Below, in pieces: positions 57,922 through 63,658 of a stretch of DNA of 63,658 nucleotides. This stretch comes from Perkinsus olseni (taxonomy: Eukaryota): the NCBI GenBank assembly GCA_013115125.1, contig JABANN010000135.1, positions 1-63,658 of the forward strand, written 5' to 3'. The notes under the pieces are model-generated. The model searched no databases. It was not told the DNA's origin and saw only the letters and a list, made by a program, of their open reading frames with translations. The translations under genes were made by a program, and so were the position numbers. Numbering within the stretch: position 1 is the stretch's first letter; every line of letters starts with the position of its first letter.

Positions 57922-60900
57922 ATGTTATCCATCTTCCTGATGGCCCATCCCATCGTCAAACCCGTGCACTCCGAACCACACTTAGTTGAAGGACTATCTA
58001 TTTAACGCAATTTGATCGATGATGATGCTATTGAGTTAGAAGTCATCCCATTAGCGTTGGTTCTAGGACCCCCTCGCCATGCCCTTCTAAGAGTGGCATT
58101 GGAGCTGTTAGGTGTACTCGGCGCTGTTGCAAGCATCTTCAAGTTCTCTGTAGGTTTTTTGATGAGGTCATTCTTGTAGAATTCTATGCCTCAACCTCTC
58201 CACTACGTTTGTCGAGCTGCCATCGTCCAATACATCCTCGCTGATGGCTGGGTGCTTCCTGACGTGCTGGATTGTTCTAACATCGCGTTTCCGGGCTCTG
58301 CAGGCCGGATGATGTGGGCCGAGTGGGTTGCGGGGCTCTACCGGTCGGACTGGTCGGGTTCACTGAAGGCGCTTCACAGTTACCTGCAAAGAGTGAAGCA
58401 TGTTGATGAGCATCCCGAAGACTTGGCAGCGTTGGACGAAGCACGGCTACTCAGCCTTGCTGCAATAAATGAAGTTCTTGGTGGGCTCGGACGTCGTAGT
58501 CATGAGTTGTAGTCTCAGAATGGGCTCAGAAAACCCTGAGTTCCGTGAGGATGGTCCCTTATACCACAAGTCTCGCATTCTCAAGTTCCCTGGTACTGGT
58601 AAGGGGACGTGGCATCAGAATTCATCAGGCAGTTGTACATCGGGCTTGTTGTATGCTACCTACAACGCCATTAGATGGGTAAGTACCGTGCCAGAGATGC
58701 TGAAGAGGGATGTAGAGAGTGCGGCGAACCGAATATTAATTCGCCTTAGCCGAACGTTGCGGTTAGACTTCAAGCGGGTGAAAACGATCTCGATTCATTC
58801 GATAGGCTATGATCCTCTTCCCAGTGCTCCGCGATAAGGCAATAAGGAGGGTCTGATGCTGCGAAATCTACCCGTATTTGTAACCTGCGTTTTGCCCAGA
58901 GTCTGTCGGACCCTAACGGAGACCCAGATGCCTTGGCAGATCTACAGAGCTTAGGGCGCAATGTAGGTCGAAGTGTTCTCAGCCGCAGCTCCGCCGTACC
59001 AGGATTCAGATACTCATGCATTACACACAGTTCCCTGGGAATGATGCAGACACCACAGAGTCCTCCATGTTCCCTTTCACTTCTGCAGATCTGGAGGTTA
59101 TACGTTCTTTGGGGTGTAGCTTCAGCGCGTGGCAGGTTGTGCTCGATCACAAACCGGGGAGAACCTATTCTGAGGGATTCGACTCTTGGAAGGCGGACTA
59201 CTCGGAACAGCGTGGGGTTGACAAACCTCTCACCGACTTCCAAAATGTAGCCCGATGAATTCAGGAAATCGCTCACACGGCTTCATCACCATTTCAGCCC
59301 GCCTTGGATATACCAGCGGGGAGTAGTGGGAGCTCGCGGAGTGCACTGCGCATCGCCGCTATTAGCGAGCATATGCAGTTTGTCTTTGAGGCAGCGACTA
59401 TGGCTGCTGAGGCCTTTCCTCATCAAGGTGCAATCCTTGATGACTGGTAGCTGCTCTGTAGTCGGTTATTGGTCTAGGTTCTGTCACAGTTGGGACGTAT
59501 TTTGCAAAGTTCCGTCATGTCGCGTCTGAAGGAGAGCTTGGACCCATGCGAGTCGAAGTGAGACGTAGGTGAGGACTGGCCATTCATGGGCGTCCCTTGT
59601 AGGGCTTCATGAATCTCAGTTATGAGGCGCTATGGGATGGGTTACAGGATGCCGGGCCGGAGGATATTGATAGGGTCATGGCAGACGCTTGGACGGATGA
59701 CTTCTGGCGGAAAGGTTGGTCTTGGAGGTTGGCTAGTGACTCCCTGTCTCGAGGGATATCGAGGCACCGCTATCAATAACCTCCCTGCTCAACTACGTCG
59801 GCCGGTGAGGCCCGCCATCGGCGTCCTGTTCTCGGAGGGGTAATTCTGGGTGGAAGAGTCATTTTCGTCTTGGTCAGCGGATGCTATCCTTTGTGTGGAT
59901 GTTGCCCTGTGGATCTGCGGTCTAATGCATCGCAACCGACCGCCTTCATTCCAAGACCGTGGCATGATCGTGTAAGCCTCCTCACTCTCGATGAGAATCG
60001 AATTAATTCCCTGTCGAGGAGGATGCGGCCCGGTCGTTCTGTGTCCCCAACCAGCGCTCCCGTCATCCAGTCAGGTACAGTAACACGGCGCTCCTGTGCC
60101 AGTTGCCACCAGCTGTCCCACTGGAGGTTGTCTGGAAAGCCCTGCATGATCTGATCAATCACCCCAGGACGTCGATAGCATCAGCAAATAAGATAACCGC
60201 AGGGCAAATCAAATATCAGTTGGGTAAACCGTGAACAATCCAGTGGAGTTGGAAAGGGCTCCTATGCTAGGTCTATCCGTCCCTGTTGTGTCGGCTACCG
60301 GGCTGTACGTCCAGGAGTCCTGGAGCCCCCGCGTGACCTGGGTATCAGCCGAGCTCCCCCGGGTCTTAGTCTGGCGGTGCCCGTTGCAGCGCTGTATTGT
60401 AAGAGCGAGCTCATGCACTTACGTGGGAGTGCCTGTGAAGCTGGTCGTCGCAGGTGTACCGGCATATGATACTGCGCTACCTCGAAGCCAACCTCGAACA
60501 GCCGGAAGAGAGTCGTGAGCCTTTCGCGATTCGGATAGATTTCTTGTGAGTGGCACTTCTGTGTCATCCCGGCTTGATCACTTTCAACCTTCATAGTGGG
60601 TGATTAGTGTACTATCGACCCAATTTCCAGAAAGTGAGGACTATCTGAACGTGGATTAGCCGATATTCTGCTACCACATCTGGTTGATAACTCATCCTTG
60701 CCAGGCTTCACGATGAAAGTCATTTGGGTGGAGAGAGTACTGAGAGGCAGATCTTCAGATCTTCGGCGAATCGAATGCAAAATATTGTTACGTTAGTAGG
60801 TGATTTTCATCGTCACAGAGCCCATGACATATGGCAGGTCGAGAGGCCTCTCTCCCTCGGCGAGATCGCGGCTAATTATCAAGCTGTAGTTCTATTCCCG

Positions 60901-61570
60901 TGGGAACCCTTCATGCTCACCGTCACTGACTTGATGGGCCTGGGCATCCCGATCTTCATCCCTGACGAGCCTCTGCTCCACCGCTTCGTGCTAGCCGGTA
61001 GGGTCTGACCTCACAAGCAGCGTTTCATGCACAGCCCTTTCAGGGTCATTTCCCTATGGTGGTGTCATGCAGGACCCGGCCCAAGCTCGTGCAAGATCGC
61101 CGAATGCCACAGGATATGATGAGCGCGATCCCTTCCAGTGAGGTTGCTGTCGATCAACTGGGATGAAATTGCAGTCTCGAGGTTCATGCATGATGAACCA
61201 GGAGTTAAGCTCGAGGATCGGCAGTACTGGCTGGCACAGACAGACTTCGTCGGCAGTGACTGGATGCTACGTTTCAAGAGTGAGACCTTCGCTCAGCCTA
61301 AGCGTCCCATGACATAACATCGAAGCCTCCCTGCACAAGTGCAGTATTTGATGAAGTGTTCATGCCTGTCCTTTTCCCGGGCATTCCAGAATGTTGGTCC
61401 CTTAGATGCAGTTCAGCGTGTCGCGTGTGTTCAGATGTGCCCGACCTTCTCACCAAACTGCAGAACTTCATCTACAAGAATGATACGCTCCGGGTTGCAT
61501 TGGTGGGGCGTATCCACCGTGAACAGCACCGCCGCCTCCTACAGAGCATCCACTGGTGGAAGGCTTCCAT
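57922..61570 (+). CDS. Large hypothetical protein, glycosyltransferase-like C-terminus (multi-exon, limits approximate)
   Basis: LGEIAANYQAVVLFPWEPFMLTVTDLMGLGIPIFIP and YWLAQTDF resemble GT-B donor-binding segments. Confidence 0.5.
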
Positions 61571-61756
61571 GCATGGGCACGTAGCCTCTATTCTGGTTGA
61601 TTCCCTCTGCATTCCAACTGTTTAGTTTGATTATTGAATATCCCATCAGTTTAGCCAGAAGCTTAGGAAGCCGAGTCCACTTGGCTAATCTACCCGTCAT
61701 TCGTTGTGTATCTCTCCGCCTGTGGGTGGTGCGTCTCAGCGTCTCTCGTCGTGTTG

Positions 61757-63196
61757 ATGTCTTCCTCGAGCTCTTCTTCATCTGCTATTGGGACGGGGTC
61801 TCGGCGAAGATCGGCGTCGATCGGTAGTACGCATCAAGCCGAGAGCTTGCCGGACTTCCTATCGCGGTCGTGGCATCGGAGCTTCAATGATGTTCCGATT
61901 GAAGATAAGATACGTACTGCAGACAGGTATGTACTTGGCCCCAATTTCCCTCACGCTCACGATGCTTTCATTTTTTAGGATGATACAGAGACTGATGGGT
62001 TGGGACACTTCGGAGAATCCACTTATTGAGTTCCTCTATGACCCTAAGACAGGCAACACCACCAAAGCAGTCGTAGACGTAGAGGCCCTTCACCGGCGAC
62101 AGGCTGCTGCGGTAGGCGCGAATGAATCATGATCGACTTGCACGGCTCTGCGAAGTTCAGTTTCAAGGGATACTAGCGGTTTTGGGGGAAGTGGCCGATC
62201 CGCAGGAAGTGGAAAGACTTCTCAGGATGGACCATAGCGCGGAGCCTGTGAGGCCTCGGGATCTCCGAGAAAAACCAGAGGTGGGGAAGTCCTTATCAAC
62301 CTTTTGCTCCTGATTGCTCTCTCCTCCCAGGACTTGGTTTCCAACGGTGTACAGCCGCAAGAAGAGCACTCGGTGGCCAAGCTAGCTATCGAGGGAGCCC
62401 GACTCTCCGTCCCGTCCTCCAAAGTAAGGAAAGGGCCGTCTTGCGGATGGGATACTCCTACTGTGAATCTCGTTGCGAACCTATGCTACAGGAATCTGCA
62501 ATCTCTACTGTAGTTGCTGCTCGGAACCCAAGATCCCTCTTAATGTATCGGTTCACTCTTTGCTTGAATGCATAAGGAGGTTCAAACGACCCAGTGGCCT
62601 TTGGAATTGACATAGATCGATAGTGGACCGAATGCTAGGCTAAACACGCGAGTACACCCAACTTTCAATGTCGCCATGCTGGATAATTGAAGTACCCCGG
62701 TGGCAGCGGTCCTAGATAGGCTAGTGCGGGAAGTATTGCAGAGAGTTCTCTCCGTGAGAGGGGTAGTCAACCCCGCTCAGTAAGCGATGTGAAGTTTTCA
62801 GTATTGTATTAGGTACCTTTTCTCATTGGGTCGGACAGCGAAGAATGCCACTTCGATATTTCATCACTGATTGACTTTAGCGACCATCTAGCTCCTGCAG
62901 GAGACCCTATCGTTCATGCAGTACGCTCTAAGCGGTTTACCAGGACCCTGCCGTGTCTTGAATCACGTCATTAGGTTCACTGTGGTATCGACCGGAATTC
63001 CGAGGCTGGATGGATGTTGAGAAACTATGGTGGAGGTCATTACTCCAATTAGTCCACAGCCGTACATAAGCTACCACTATCAGGTACATTCGTGGACGGC
63101 ACGCCGGTCCCGGCGGATTCTACTGTGCCACTCCATCCAGGAAGCCAGATTCAGATCCATCACCTGACGTTTATCTTCTTTCCAATCGATGACTGA
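61757..63196 (+). CDS. FHA-domain protein (multi-exon)
   Basis: PFLIGSDSEECHFDI...SLHCGI...WMLRNYG...GTFVDGTPV...LHPGSQIQIHHLTFIF. Confidence 0.75.
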
Positions 63197-63415
63197 CCTG
63201 CAGTCACCGCGACTGACTGTATATTTTTTCGAAAGATCTGCCTTTTGTTCCAAGTGCTTGAGTGTCATATCTCTCTACCCATCGAGCTACAGGATCATCG
63301 AGGAACGTAGCCCACGAGACTATTGCTGATAGGCGCCCTGAACCTTCGGAATCACGAACCTGAAGCTGCTCCGCGAAACCGAAGTCTAGTACTAGCAAGC
63401 AACACATCATCTACG

Positions 63416-63488
63416 TAGTCCCGGCGGGGGTCGAACCCACGACCTATGGCTCATAAGACCATCGCTCTAACCACTGAGCTACAGGACC
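63416..63488 (-). tRNA. tRNA-Ile(TAT), tandem copy 1
   Basis: GGTCCTGTAGCTCAGTGGTTAGAGCGATGGTCTTATGAGCCATAGGTCGTGGGTTCGACCCCCGCCGGGACTA. Confidence 0.97.
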
Positions 63489-63581
63489 GTTGAGCTACGC
63501 CGTCCGCGAGATTTTTGCCGATATATGCCCTCAACGTTCGAATTTCCCAACCTACAACTAGCAAGCAACACATCATATACG

Positions 63582-63654
63582 TAGTCCCGGCGGGGGTCGA
63601 ACCCACGACCTATGGCTCATAAGACCATCGCTCTAACCACTGAGCTACAGGACC
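63582..63654 (-). tRNA. tRNA-Ile(TAT), tandem copy 2
   Basis: Identical to the copy at 63416..63488. Confidence 0.97.
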
Positions 63655-63658
63655 GTTG

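Larger units (their letters stand above)
63391..63658. repeat. 166-bp-period tandem repeat carrying tRNA-Ile genes (runs off the window end)
   Basis: ACTAGCAAGCAACACATCAT(C/A)TACG + tRNA + GTTG repeated at 63391 and 63557. Confidence 0.9.

Noticed and set aside
63391-63658. Repeat-spacer-repeat pattern suggestive of a CRISPR array
   Set aside because: The repeats are tRNA-Ile genes in a eukaryotic tandem array, and no cas genes are present.

Overview
Gene-dense eukaryotic DNA with many short (~45-70 nt) GT-AG introns. It is most consistent with a perkinsid alveolate (Perkinsus-like); this is inferred from gene style, not from a search. The left ~23 kb is accessory-type: an intronless pepsin-like protease, an intronless secreted repeat protein plus its pseudogenised paralogue, a Cys-rich secreted protein, a decayed Ty3/Gypsy-like pol relic, and FAM183-like and CUE-domain genes. 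The rest forms three same-strand blocks: + (~23.9-34.4 kb: MUS81, TruD-like), - (~34.9-46 kb: CBF5/dyskerin, EF-hand protein, HGSNAT-like) and + (~46-63.2 kb: DENND6, EFCAB10-like, dynein-MTBD-like, RPC4, FHA protein). All five intact tRNA genes and one tRNA remnant lie antisense to their block. Three sit inside unusually long introns, including tRNA-Val inside the Pol III subunit gene RPC4, a possible feedback arrangement. Other long introns also carry cargo, such as a multi-hairpin element in dyskerin intron 1. The TruD homologue appears catalytically dead. Exon boundaries were read by eye, and the outer limits of multi-exon hypothetical genes are approximate.
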